This document shows positions 40,785 through 49,880 of a stretch of 64,000 nucleotides of DNA, piece after piece. The stretch is from Limisphaerales bacterium. Its GTDB lineage: Bacteria > Verrucomicrobiota > Verrucomicrobiia > Limisphaerales > UBA11358. How positions within the stretch are numbered: position 1 is the first letter of the stretch; every line of letters starts with the position of its first letter. The position numbers were made by a program, and so were the translations under genes. The stretch spans positions 158-64,157 of the forward strand of contig PLAY01000065.1 in NCBI GenBank assembly GCA_003134375.1, read 5' to 3'. The notes under the pieces were generated by a model. It was given only the letters and a program-made list of their open reading frames with translations. It was not told where the DNA came from and did not search any database.

Positions 40785-41591
40785 TTAATCAGTGCCGCTG
40801 TCCTTTCCACTCCCGCTCAAGCTGCCGGTGGTAATGATCCCGTCAATGTAGTAAAGGCCATTCGTTTGAGGATTGTTTTCACCGGAAACGTTCTTAATGC
40901 TAAACGAATACTTGTCGCCTTTGGAGCTGCTTGAAAAGCTCTGATTCATGGTTCCAAAGCCATAAATATTAAAAGCATAATTGAAATTTACGTTGTCATC
41001 GTATCCGTAGTCAAATTCCAAGTAAGCGTTACCAGTCATCGAACCCGAACCGCTGCTGCTCCCCGACTGGCCACTAAGCGGCCCATTGTCAACCTCGATG
41101 GAGAAACTCGCGTATGCATTAGATTGCCCTGCTGGGAGAAACGCATCCGCCGTGAGGGTGTCTAAAACAACCGTTTTGTTTGCTCCAAACACTTGAACCA
41201 CTTGGATCGGCCAATAGTCATTTTCAAAGTCGTAATTAGGATTATTTTGATAATCATTATAAAAATTGGTGGAATTCAGATAAATTTGCACCAGGTAATT
41301 GGTTTTACCCACTGTGGCGAAATAGTTTGTATTATTGTAAAAAGCCTGACCCAACAACCTCAACAAACCTTTATTGTCCAGTTTTGCCGTTTTGGTCTTG
41401 GCGATGTTGTTTGTGCCCTTGCTGGTGACACTGGCGTAATTGGTGGCTTGTTTCACCACCGTCATCGAAATATTCAACGATTGAACATCATTGAACTGAA
41501 ACGGCAACCTGCTTATTTGGGCCTGCATTTTGCCAACGCCAAACACCATCAACCCGAGTGCTGCCATAGCGCATAATTTGAATGTTTTCAT
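40785..41591 (-). CDS. secreted N/Y/S/G-rich protein, unknown family (module gene A1)
   Basis: Signal peptide MKTFKLCAMAALGLMVFGVGKMQAQ. AT-rich coding sequence. GS-rich acidic C-terminus SLSGSGKDSGTD. Distant collinear similarity to 42824..43510. Confidence 0.7.
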   Translation of the reverse strand: MKTFKLCAMAALGLMVFGVGKMQAQISRLPFQFNDVQSLNISMTVVKQATNYASVTSKGTNNIAKTKTAKLDNKGLLRLLGQAFYNNTNYFATVGKTNYLVQIYLNSTNFYNDYQNNPNYDFENDYWPIQVVQVFGANKTVVLDTLTADAFLPAGQSNAYASFSIEVDNGPLSGQSGSSSGSGSMTGNAYLEFDYGYDDNVNFNYAFNIYGFGTMNQSFSSSSKGDKYSFSIKNVSGENNPQTNGLYYIDGIITTGSLSGSGKDSGTD

Positions 41592-41656
41592 TGTAGTGCT
41601 CCAATTATTTGCCTGGTTGTTAATTTAATGTCTTGCTTATTTCTTCAATTATCCAA

Positions 41657-41685
41657 ACTTTAAATTTTACTAAATTACATGTCAA
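41657..41685 (-). promoter_or_regulatory. sigma70-like promoter for A1
   Basis: Reverse strand TTGACA (41685-41680), a 17-nt spacer, then TAAAGT (41662-41657). About 65 nt upstream of the ATG, with a GGAG Shine-Dalgarno motif before the start. Confidence 0.4.
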
Positions 41686-41712
41686 CAACGATTTTGCCCG
41701 CACTTTTCATAA

Positions 41713-41957
41713 AGGGCGCATCTTAGTTTTTGAGCGGGGTGTCGCGCCATTGAAAGCCCCTGTGTTTACAGCCCTTTCATTAACACCCGGCTTTAGCTGG
41801 GTGTTTGCCGGTGTCGCGGGTCGGAACCGCTTGAGCGGTTTATCGGCACACGGGAAACCGCTCAAGCGGTTGGCGGGCCTTCCCTTCGCTGAACACCCCG
41901 GTAAAGCAGGGTGTTAATAAGATGCGGTTTCCAAGTGCATAAAAACTGAGATGCGCC
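41713..41957. mobile_element. composite MITE (same architecture as 30320-30530), diverged copy
   Basis: Outer arms GGGCGCATCTTAGTTTTTGAGC (41713-41734) / GCATAAAAACTGAGATGCGCC (41937-41957). Inner arms TTCATTAACACCCGGCTTTAGCTGGGTG (41776-41803) / CACCCCGGTAAAGCAGGGTGTTAATAAG (41894-41921). Internal hairpin AACCGCTTGAGCGGTT. Confidence 0.75.
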
Positions 41958-42024
41958 TTTTTTAAAACCCAATCCAAGCTTGGCGTTGCGGTCTTGGATT
42001 TTTTGTTTATGCTGGGGAACACTT

Positions 42025-42534
42025 ATGAGACCGAAATTCATTTTTGCGCTGTTGCTGCTGGCGTTGCTGGTATTGGGTGCGGCTTTCCTTTTCAAACAAC
42101 ATTGGGAAAACGCCGCCCCGCCTCCTTCGGTCAATGAATCTGTGACTTCGGCTCCAGTGGTGAGTGCCGCCCCGCCATCCGCACCCGCCCCCGTTCCCGC
42201 CGCGCCAGTCTCCACCAATGTTCTGACACCCGAACAACGTCAAACCGCCATTGACGCCGAAACCGACCGCCTTCAGCAATGGTCCATGAATGACGATCCG
42301 GCATCGCTCTCAAATATCCTGGCCGACCTGACTAATCCTGAAAAAGAAATCCGGGACGCAGCCATCGAGGCCGCCAAGCAGTTCGGCAGCACCAACGCCA
42401 TCCCCACCTTGAAAGCCGTGGCCGCGAACACGACTGATACCGAGGAACAGATCGCCCTGCTCGAAGCCGCCAATTTTCTTTCGCTGCCCCCGGTTGACTT
42501 CAGCCAGCCGACCTCACCCAAAACCCGGCAGTAA
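42025..42534 (+). CDS. membrane-anchored Pro/Ala-rich + HEAT-like repeat protein (module gene B1)
   Basis: ATG 42025 gives MRPKFIFALLLLALLVLGAAFLF (a TM anchor), then a PA-rich spacer, then EKEIRDAAIEAAKQFGSTNAIPTLK (HEAT/PBS-lyase-like). The C-terminal ~95 aa are about 80 percent identical to B2. Confidence 0.7.
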   Translation: MRPKFIFALLLLALLVLGAAFLFKQHWENAAPPPSVNESVTSAPVVSAAPPSAPAPVPAAPVSTNVLTPEQRQTAIDAETDRLQQWSMNDDPASLSNILADLTNPEKEIRDAAIEAAKQFGSTNAIPTLKAVAANTTDTEEQIALLEAANFLSLPPVDFSQPTSPKTRQ

Positions 42535-42543
42535 ATTCGGGCC

Positions 42544-42620
42544 TCAGCGCAGCAAACCAAGGAAGCGCGCCAAAACAGGCTTCAAAAAGGCACCCACGCG
42601 TTTCACCGGTTCCGGCGCCC
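42544..42620 (-). pseudogene. remnant of a trpA 3' end
   Basis: The reverse strand encodes APEPVKRVGAFLKPVLA...*, compared with intact TrpA QSPELVKRVGAFVKSLVSAVKDL*. The 25-nt core CCCACGCGTTTCACCGGTTCCGGCG (42593-42617) differs at 1 nt from 44271-44295. It occupies the same position relative to the B-gene stop. Confidence 0.6.
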
Positions 42621-42712
42621 CGGCCGGCACCCAAGTTGAGACGAAATCTTCGTTCCCGAGGCCGTGTCGGGACGGACTCAACCGCAACCGCCGGGAACAT
42701 GATAATTCCTTG

Positions 42713-42740
42713 TTGACAAAACCGGCCATCATTATAAAAT
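42713..42740 (+). promoter_or_regulatory. sigma70-like promoter for A2-B2
   Basis: TTGACA (42713-42718), a 16-nt spacer, then TAAAAT (42735-42740). About 80 nt upstream of the A2 ATG. Confidence 0.45.
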
Positions 42741-42823
42741 ACTTTTCAAGCTCAGCTTATTTTAAGCTGAAGAGGAAAAGTCGGTGGACGTTAAAAATTA
42801 ACTAAACAACGAAAATAAACAAT

Positions 42824-43510
42824 ATGAAATTAACCAAAATACTGATGTGCGCATTGGCCGTGGGAGCGATGGTTTTCGCTACCGACCAAGCTCAGGCAAA
42901 ATCAACCCTGGTCATTGATGGCTCCCTTTATGTTCCGATAAATCTCAAGGGGACTTTCACTTATGTCAATAGTAAGGACAAGATAGCAACAAAAACCGTC
43001 ACTACCAAACAGATCATAAGTCAGTTGGATTACGCCAAAGGCACCATGCTGGCCATTGGCCCCGGAACCGGTACTAACAATTTCTATGGTTACACTAACA
43101 ATGTCGATGTTTACGCCATCAATAATGGCGTAGTAGTATATGACCTTTCTGCGGGTGGTTATTTTCATGTCAACATGTCCGATACTCTTGACACGTCAAC
43201 AGGCGATTTTCCCATGACAAAAAGGACATATTCCGAGGTTGGCGTAGTCACTATTGATTTTGCCAGCAGTCATAACCTCGTAACTCTAACAGCCAATAAC
43301 TTCGCGTTTAACCTCACCGGCACTTATACCTATAATGAAAGTGATTCGGCGGTGGTCGGCGGCTTCTACAAACAGTCTTCAAAATTCAGTTCTAAAAACC
43401 TTGGCGGCCTCTCTTACGTCGATGAAGTGGACGGAATCATTGTGAACGAAACCATGCCCGTTAGCGGCAGTGCTTCCGGCAGCGCTTCCGGCAGCGGAGT
43501 GGAAGATTAA
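42824..43510 (+). CDS. secreted N/T/S/G-rich protein, unknown family (module gene A2)
   Basis: Signal peptide MKLTKILMCALAVGAMVFATDQAQA. AT-rich coding sequence. C-terminus SGSASGSASGSGVED. Shares the motifs NNFAFN and G.SYVD..GII with A1. Confidence 0.7.
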   Translation: MKLTKILMCALAVGAMVFATDQAQAKSTLVIDGSLYVPINLKGTFTYVNSKDKIATKTVTTKQIISQLDYAKGTMLAIGPGTGTNNFYGYTNNVDVYAINNGVVVYDLSAGGYFHVNMSDTLDTSTGDFPMTKRTYSEVGVVTIDFASSHNLVTLTANNFAFNLTGTYTYNESDSAVVGGFYKQSSKFSSKNLGGLSYVDEVDGIIVNETMPVSGSASGSASGSGVED

Positions 43511-43599
43511 TCACAGTTTTGGCAGCATTCAGACCGGTCCAAAATGGCTTGAGGCTGTTTTGGATCGGTTTTTTGCTTGGTTAAATGATTCGAGAAAAT

Positions 43600-44196
43600 A
43601 TGAGGCTTAAAATCGTCAGCTTGATCCTGCTGGCCGGCTTGGCTGGCGTAACTGGTATTCTTTTGATAAAACATCAGGGGGCACCTCCTCCGGCGGCGGC
43701 TCCAATCGCCATTATTGAAACCAAACCCGCCGCACCCCAAACTGCTCCCCCCATCACGAATGTCCCGCCACCCGCAACGGCGCCCGTCGCCGCTGCGCCG
43801 GTTGCCACCAACGCCCTGACGCCCGAACAGCGCCAGGCGGCCATTGACGCCGAGACCGACCGCCTCCAGCAATGGTCCATGAACGACGATCCGGCCTCCC
43901 TGTCCAGCATCCTGGCCGACCTGACCAACTCCGAAAAAGAGGTTCGGAAAGCCGCCATTGAAGCTGCCGAACAGTTCGGCAGCACCAATGCAATCCCTGT
44001 TTTGAAAAACCTGGCGGCCAACGATGAAGACCCCGAAGAAAAAGCCGCCCTGCTTGAAGCCGCCAATTTTCTTTCGCTGCCCAGCATCTTCGATGTCGGC
44101 CAGCCAGCCACTCCAGCCGAAAGGGAGGCCCACAGGCAGGCTCAAATGCAAAAGCATTCACAAAACCAAAATTCACCAGTTGCGCCCAATAATTGA
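43600..44196 (+). CDS. membrane-anchored Pro/Ala-rich + HEAT-like repeat protein (module gene B2)
   Basis: MRLKIVSLILLAGLAGVTGILLI anchor (alternative ATG at 43585), PA-rich spacer, and a conserved LTPEQRQAAIDAETDRLQQWSMNDDPASLS...FGSTNAIPVLK block. Paralog of B1. Confidence 0.7.
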   Translation: MRLKIVSLILLAGLAGVTGILLIKHQGAPPPAAAPIAIIETKPAAPQTAPPITNVPPPATAPVAAAPVATNALTPEQRQAAIDAETDRLQQWSMNDDPASLSSILADLTNSEKEVRKAAIEAAEQFGSTNAIPVLKNLAANDEDPEEKAALLEAANFLSLPSIFDVGQPATPAEREAHRQAQMQKHSQNQNSPVAPNN

Positions 44197-44218
44197 AGCA
44201 CGGAATCCCGTTTTTGAT

Positions 44219-45019
44219 TCACAAATCCTTCACTGCCGACACCAGCGACTTCACAAACGCGCCCACGCGTTTCACCAGTTCCGGCGATTGGCCGTGTTTG
44301 GCAATCTGATTCACCACCGCGCTGCCCACCACCACGGCGTCCGCATTTTGCGCCACCAGCCCGGCTTGTTCCGGATTTGAGATGCCGAAGCCCACGGCCA
44401 CCGGCAACCGCGTGTGCGCGCGGATTTTGCCGACCTGCTGCGCCAGGTTCGCCGCGACCCGCGCCTGCATGCCCGTCACCCCTTCCCGCGAGATGTAATA
44501 AATGAACCCGGCGCCGCGTTTCACGATAAATTCAATCCGGTCTTCCGGCGTCGTCGGCGCGACGAGATAAATGTGGCACAAACCGGCCCGGCGCATCAGC
44601 GATTCGTAATTATCCGATTCCTCCGGCGGCAAATCCAGCACCAGCATGCCGTCCACGCCCGCCTTCGCCGCAGTTTTGATGAATCGCTCCAGGCCGACGC
44701 GATGGATGAGGTTGAAATAAATGTAGAGAACGATCGGGATTTGCGAATCGCGCCGGATCGCCGCCACGGTCTTTAAAACCCTCGGCGGCGTGGCACCGGA
44801 TTCCAAGCCGCGCTGCGCGGCAAGCTGGTTCACCAAGCCGTCGGCGAGCGGATCGCTGAATGGCACGCCCAGTTCCAGCACGTCCACGCCCGCCTGGTCA
44901 AAGGCGAGCGCGAGCCGGCGCGTGGCCTTCAAATCCGGATCGCCCGCGCCGATGTAGACGATGAAACCCTTTTTGCCCTCGCGCTTCAGGCGCACAAAAC
45001 GTTCCACGATGCGGTTCAT
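44219..45019 (-). CDS. trpA: tryptophan synthase alpha chain
   Basis: LELGVPFSDPLADG, YISREGVTG and GFGIS motifs. 266 aa. Confidence 0.93.
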   Translation of the reverse strand: MNRIVERFVRLKREGKKGFIVYIGAGDPDLKATRRLALAFDQAGVDVLELGVPFSDPLADGLVNQLAAQRGLESGATPPRVLKTVAAIRRDSQIPIVLYIYFNLIHRVGLERFIKTAAKAGVDGMLVLDLPPEESDNYESLMRRAGLCHIYLVAPTTPEDRIEFIVKRGAGFIYYISREGVTGMQARVAANLAQQVGKIRAHTRLPVAVGFGISNPEQAGLVAQNADAVVVGSAVVNQIAKHGQSPELVKRVGAFVKSLVSAVKDL

Positions 45020-45189
45020 TCATTTAAGTGTCAGGGTTTAAGTTTCAAGTTTCAAGTTTGGAAAACGTTGTGGCCGCGTGCCGTAGCCGCGCTTGTGAAA
45101 GCGCGGTCGGGGTGAAAGATCCGCGTTTTGACAAACGCGGCTAAGCGAGCTGCATTGACCGCGCGGCGATTTTTTAGCATTATTGCGGC

Positions 45190-46269
45190 ATGGCCAGCAC
45201 CTTCGGGCAACTGTTCCGCATTACGACGTGGGGGGAATCCCACGGCGGCGGCGTGGGTGTGGTCGTGGACGGCTGCCCGCCGCGCCTCCGGCTCACCGAG
45301 GCGGACATTCAGCCCGATTTGGACCGGCGCCGGCCCGGACAATCCAAAATTGTTTCGCCGCGCCGGGAATCCGACACGGTGCAAATTCTTTCCGGCACGT
45401 TTGGGGGCAGAACGCTCGGCACACCGATTTGTCTGTGGGTCAAAAACGAGGACGCCCGACCCGAAGCCTACGCGGAAATGAAGACGAAATTCCGCCCGTC
45501 GCACGCGGATTTCACCTACTTTGCCAAATACGGCGTCCGCAACTGGCAGGGCGGCGGCCGCGCCAGCGCGCGCGAAACGGTTGGCCGCGTCGCCGCCGGC
45601 GCCATTGCGAAGAAAATTTTACGCGAAAGTCACGGCGTCGAGGTCCTGGCCTGCGTCAAGCAGGTTCAGCGCCTCATCGCGCGCGTGAATCCGGACCGGG
45701 TGAAGCTCAAAGACATTGAATCGAACATTGTCCGTTGTCCCGACCAGGCGGCGGCGGAAAAAATGATCCGGCTCATCGAAAAAATGCGGCGCACGGGCGA
45801 CACCGTCGGCGGCATCGTTGAAGGCATTGCGCGCGGCGTTCCCGCCGGCTGGGGCGAACCGGTGTTCGACAAACTCGAAGCGGATCTGGCAAAAGCGATG
45901 TTGAGTCTGCCCGCGTCGAAGGCATTTGAAATCGGGTCCGGCTTCAGTGGCATCACGCTCACCGGACGCGAGCACAACGATCCGTTCCGCGCGAAACAGG
46001 GACAGGTTTTTACGACGACGAATTTTTCCGGTGGAATTCAGGGCGGCATATCCAACGGGCAGACGATTTTCTTTCGCGTCGCGTTCAAACCCGTGGCCAC
46101 CGTCATGCACGAGCAGGACACGGTGGACGTGCAATTTCACAACACGACGCTCAAGGGCCGCGGCCGCCATGACCCGTGCGTGTTGCCGCGCGCGGTGCCG
46201 ATGGTGGAAGCGATGACCGCATTGGTGCTGGTGGATCACGCGTTCCGGCACAAGGCACAATGTGGTTGA
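45190..46269 (+). CDS. aroC: chorismate synthase
   Basis: [37 protein letters not shown] and GRHDPCV. Confidence 0.95.
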   Translation: MASTFGQLFRITTWGESHGGGVGVVVDGCPPRLRLTEADIQPDLDRRRPGQSKIVSPRRESDTVQILSGTFGGRTLGTPICLWVKNEDARPEAYAEMKTKFRPSHADFTYFAKYGVRNWQGGGRASARETVGRVAAGAIAKKILRESHGVEVLACVKQVQRLIARVNPDRVKLKDIESNIVRCPDQAAAEKMIRLIEKMRRTGDTVGGIVEGIARGVPAGWGEPVFDKLEADLAKAMLSLPASKAFEIGSGFSGITLTGREHNDPFRAKQGQVFTTTNFSGGIQGGISNGQTIFFRVAFKPVATVMHEQDTVDVQFHNTTLKGRGRHDPCVLPRAVPMVEAMTALVLVDHAFRHKAQCG

Positions 46270-46335
46270 CCCCGAAGGCGTTCGGAGTTGATTTTTACCA
46301 GGGCAGAAGCGATTTTATTCAACCAAGCGAAGAAT

Positions 46336-47733
46336 ATGGCAGAGAAAAGCATCAACGAAGTTTCGCGCGAGGCACGCCTGTTGTTCACCAAGGCCAACGA
46401 AGCCGCGCAACGGGAAAATGTGGATTACGCCATCACGCTGTTCAACCAGGTGCTGGAAAAGGAGCCGGGGTTTTTTGAATGCCGCAAGGCGCTGCGCGCG
46501 GCGCAGTTCCAAAAATGCGGCGGTCGCGGCGGATTCTTCAAAAAAATGTGGAGTGGCGCCGGCTCCTCGCCCCAGGTCGCCAAGGCCAAAATGGCATTGA
46601 ACAAGAATCCCGCCGAGGCCATGGCCATCGCGGAGCAGATTTTGAACGGCGACCCGAACAGCTCCGCCGCGCACCGAATCATCGTGGAAGCGGCAAATGC
46701 ATTGGAGCTGCCGCAAACCGCCGTGATGTCGCTGGACGCCCTGGTGAAGAATTCGCCCAAGGACAAAAATCTGGCGATTGAATTTGCCCATGCGGTGGGC
46801 ACGACCGGTGGCGACACCGGCCCGGCGGAAAGGATTCTCGCCGAACTTTTGCGCAATTCGCCCAACGACGGCGAGTTGAACCAGGCTCTCAAGGATTTGT
46901 CCGCCCGCAAGACACTGGACCAGGGCGGCTACAATGCGCTCGAAGGCGGCCAGGGTTCCTATCGCGACATTTTGAAGGACAAGCAACAAGCCACCTCGCT
47001 GGAGCAGGAAAAGCGCGTCGTGAAGAGCGAAGACGTGACCGAACGGCTGATCGGTGAAGACGAAGCGCGGCTGAAGACCGAACCAAACAATCTCAAGGTG
47101 GTGCGCCGGCTCGCAGAACTTTACACGCAGAAAAAACAGTTCGAACGCGCGCTGGAGCTGTATGAGCGTATTAAAAATTCCGAAATGGGCAACGACCCGT
47201 CGCTGGAGCGCGCGATTGCTGACACCATCGTCCGCCGGTTCGATGCCCAGTTGGAGCAACTCGATCCCGCCGCGCCGGATTACATCGAACAGTCAGCGAA
47301 GCTCCAGGCGGAGAAGTTGAATTTTCAGGTCACCGAATGCCAGAAGCGCGTGGAAAAATACCCGACGGATCTGGCGATCCGGTTTGAGATGGGGCAGTTT
47401 TATTTTCAAACGGGCAAAATCACCGAGGCGATTCAGGAATTTCAAAAAGCAAAGAACAATCCGCACAAGGGGCTCGCCGCGATGAATTACCTCGCCCAGT
47501 GCTACGCGAAAAAGAAAATGTTCGACATGGCCGCGCGCATGCTTCAAAGCGCCATCAAGGAAAAGCCTGTTTTTGACGAAGAGAAAAAGGACCTCGTTTA
47601 CAATCTCGGCTGTGTGCTCGAAAGCATGGGCAAAAAAGAGGAAGCCATCGAGCAATTCAAGCTCATCTACGAAATAGACATCGGCTACAAGGACGTCGCT
47701 AAAAAAGTGGACGACTTCTATGCCGGGCAGTAA
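46336..47733 (+). CDS. tetratricopeptide (TPR) repeat protein
   Basis: Start at ATG 46336 (MAEKSINE). Repeated A..Y/F..A...P helix pairs throughout. No catalytic motif. Confidence 0.65.
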   Translation: MAEKSINEVSREARLLFTKANEAAQRENVDYAITLFNQVLEKEPGFFECRKALRAAQFQKCGGRGGFFKKMWSGAGSSPQVAKAKMALNKNPAEAMAIAEQILNGDPNSSAAHRIIVEAANALELPQTAVMSLDALVKNSPKDKNLAIEFAHAVGTTGGDTGPAERILAELLRNSPNDGELNQALKDLSARKTLDQGGYNALEGGQGSYRDILKDKQQATSLEQEKRVVKSEDVTERLIGEDEARLKTEPNNLKVVRRLAELYTQKKQFERALELYERIKNSEMGNDPSLERAIADTIVRRFDAQLEQLDPAAPDYIEQSAKLQAEKLNFQVTECQKRVEKYPTDLAIRFEMGQFYFQTGKITEAIQEFQKAKNNPHKGLAAMNYLAQCYAKKKMFDMAARMLQSAIKEKPVFDEEKKDLVYNLGCVLESMGKKEEAIEQFKLIYEIDIGYKDVAKKVDDFYAGQ

Positions 47734-47751
47734 GGGATTTTCCCCGACGCA

Positions 47752-48177
47752 CTAAAGGCGTTTTTCGTCCGCGTCAATATAGTCCACGAAGGTTTTGATG
47801 TCGTCACGGTGGACGATGCCGGACTGTTCCTTGCGCAGCTTGAGCCGCGCCACGGCTTCCGCGTTGTCAGGCTGGGGGCGGCTGAAGATGTCCCGGGCAT
47901 GCGCGGCCTTTTCCGCCGGGGATTTTTTAACGTTGTGCCGCACCCAGTCGCACACCTCGCCATCGGTGACGGATTTTTTCACCACCTCGATCATCTGTTC
48001 GTGCGTGACGCCGGCGTATTTGAGCCACATGCCGTCAAAGCCTTTGCCCAGATTCTCCTGATAATCGGCGTGCAGTTTGCCAGCGAGGTGCAGGCGGATT
48101 TTGTCAATGTAACGCGGCAGGTAACTCCAGCCGTCCATCGTTTCGCGCGGGCTGCGTGGGTAAATGATGCTGCTCAT
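47752..48177 (-). CDS. DUF5069-like protein
   Basis: MSSIIYPRSPRETMDGWSYLPRYIDKIR resembles the DUF5069 N-terminus as I remember it. Start at ATG 48177. Confidence 0.5.
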   Translation of the reverse strand: MSSIIYPRSPRETMDGWSYLPRYIDKIRLHLAGKLHADYQENLGKGFDGMWLKYAGVTHEQMIEVVKKSVTDGEVCDWVRHNVKKSPAEKAAHARDIFSRPQPDNAEAVARLKLRKEQSGIVHRDDIKTFVDYIDADEKRL

Positions 48178-48269
48178 GGTGGAAAAATGAAATGGTTTGG
48201 CACGCATCGCAATTCAAAAATTGAAACATTTTAATTTGAAAATTCCGCCCGCCAGCCCATTTTCAAGTC

Positions 48270-49739
48270 ATGCAAAAGTTTGATTACGACGTGGTCGTTC
48301 TCGGCGGCGGCAGCGCCGGTTACGCAGCAGCGCGGACAGCCACGGGTGCCGGTTTGAAAACGGCCGTCATTGAGGGCGGGGAAGAAGTAGGCGGGTTGTG
48401 CATCCTGCGCGGGTGCATGCCCACGAAGGCGCTGCTTTACGCCGCCGAAGTCCTGCATCTGGCCAGCCATGTGCAGCCTTGGGGCCTGTGGACCGCAAAC
48501 GTTGGCTTTGACTTCAAGAAAGTCGTGGCGCGCAAAAATGCGCTCATCAGGGATTTTGCGGATTATCGCCGGCAGCAACTCGCCGGTGGCAAATTCAAAT
48601 TCATCCGGGCCAACGCCCGGTTTGTGGATTCGCACATGGTTGAACTGAAACCCACTGGCGTTAGGGCCGACCGGCCGGTCGGCCACGACGCGCGGCAGCG
48701 TATCCCGGCCAAAATTTCCGCCGCGCATTTCATCATCGCCAGCGGTTCCGCCGTTGCCCCGCCACCGCTGCCCCAACTCCATGAGGTTGGCGGCCTCACC
48801 AGCGACGATGCGCTGGCGCTCAAGCGGCTGCCGAAGTCGCTCATCGTGCTTGGCGGCGGGGCGATTGCGTGCGAGTTTGCGCAATTTTTCGCGCGGTTCG
48901 GCGTCAAGGTCACGCTCATCCAGCGCAGCGGGCACATTCTGCGCGAGTTTGACACGGATGCCGGAATTGAAATGGAAAAGGTATTCCGGCGCGAAGGCAT
49001 TCAGGTCTTCACCGGCACGAGGCTGGTTGAAGCCCGGCGCAAAGGGAAATTGAAAATGGTTTCCTTTGAGCATGACAACCAAACCGTTTCCGCTGACGCT
49101 GAGGAAATCCTGTTTGCGCTGGGCCGCGTGCCCAACACGGCAGCGCTCGGCCTCGCCAAAGCCGGTGTCACCACCGACCGTGGACGCATTGAATCCAACG
49201 ACTTCCTGCAGACGAGCACACCGCACATTTACGCGGCCGGCGACTGCACCGGGCCGCACGAAATCGTCCACCTGGCCGTTCAGCAGGGGGAAATTGCGGC
49301 ATATAACATTGCCCATGCCAACGCGCCGCAGCGGATGGATTATCGGCTGCTCATTGCGGTCGTGTTCACCGAACCTCAGGTGGCGTTTGTCGGCCTGACC
49401 GAAAAGGAAGCGAAGACACGCGGCATTTCATACCGGGCGGCAAGTTATCCGTTCAATGCCCACGGCAAATCGCTCATCATGGAAGCCAAGGACGGTTTCG
49501 TGAAACTGCTGGCGGAGCCGAAGTCCGGTGAAATCCTTGGCGGTGCGTGCGTTGGTCCCATGGGCGGCGAACTCATTCACGAAATCGTTGCGGTGATGGC
49601 CAAACGCATGACGGTTCACGAACTGGCCGTGATGCCACATTACCATCCGACCCTCGCAGAAATCTGGACCTATCCGGCGGAAGAACTGGCGGCGCAAATT
49701 TCTGACGTGCCAGCCACATGGCGCGGCGCGCCAGAATGA
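48270..49739 (+). CDS. class I pyridine nucleotide-disulfide oxidoreductase (dihydrolipoyl dehydrogenase / mercuric reductase-like)
   Basis: DVVVLGGGSAGYAAA (FAD), redox disulfide GGLCILRGCMPTK, LIVLGGGAIACEFA (NAD(P)), AAGDC, and the C-terminal dimerisation HYHPTLAE. Confidence 0.85.
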   Translation: MQKFDYDVVVLGGGSAGYAAARTATGAGLKTAVIEGGEEVGGLCILRGCMPTKALLYAAEVLHLASHVQPWGLWTANVGFDFKKVVARKNALIRDFADYRRQQLAGGKFKFIRANARFVDSHMVELKPTGVRADRPVGHDARQRIPAKISAAHFIIASGSAVAPPPLPQLHEVGGLTSDDALALKRLPKSLIVLGGGAIACEFAQFFARFGVKVTLIQRSGHILREFDTDAGIEMEKVFRREGIQVFTGTRLVEARRKGKLKMVSFEHDNQTVSADAEEILFALGRVPNTAALGLAKAGVTTDRGRIESNDFLQTSTPHIYAAGDCTGPHEIVHLAVQQGEIAAYNIAHANAPQRMDYRLLIAVVFTEPQVAFVGLTEKEAKTRGISYRAASYPFNAHGKSLIMEAKDGFVKLLAEPKSGEILGGACVGPMGGELIHEIVAVMAKRMTVHELAVMPHYHPTLAEIWTYPAEELAAQISDVPATWRGAPE

Positions 49740-49880
49740 GTTGTGAAACATTCTTAATTACCTGCAAGTTGATTGCCCAGCCGGAACCGGCGCCGATTTG
49801 AGTTTTCGGCGGCGAAACCGACCGCCCATTTTCCGCCCTGGCAGCCGCTGCCACGCCGTGCTCGGTGGATGATGAGGGGT

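Noticed and set aside
42757-42800. GAGGAAAAGTCGGTGG, which resembles the RNase P RNA P4 motif (GAGGAAAGTCCGG).
   Set aside because: It is only a short partial match with no surrounding RNase P architecture. It lies in the 5' UTR of gene A2 next to a simple hairpin (CAGCTTATTTTAAGCTG).
48665-48684. A perfect 20-bp palindrome, GGCCGACCGGCCGGTCGGCC, inside the oxidoreductase CDS. It might be another in-frame mini-element (encoding RADRPVG).
   Set aside because: It is too short, I found no second copy in the window, and I cannot show an insertion without an ortholog alignment.
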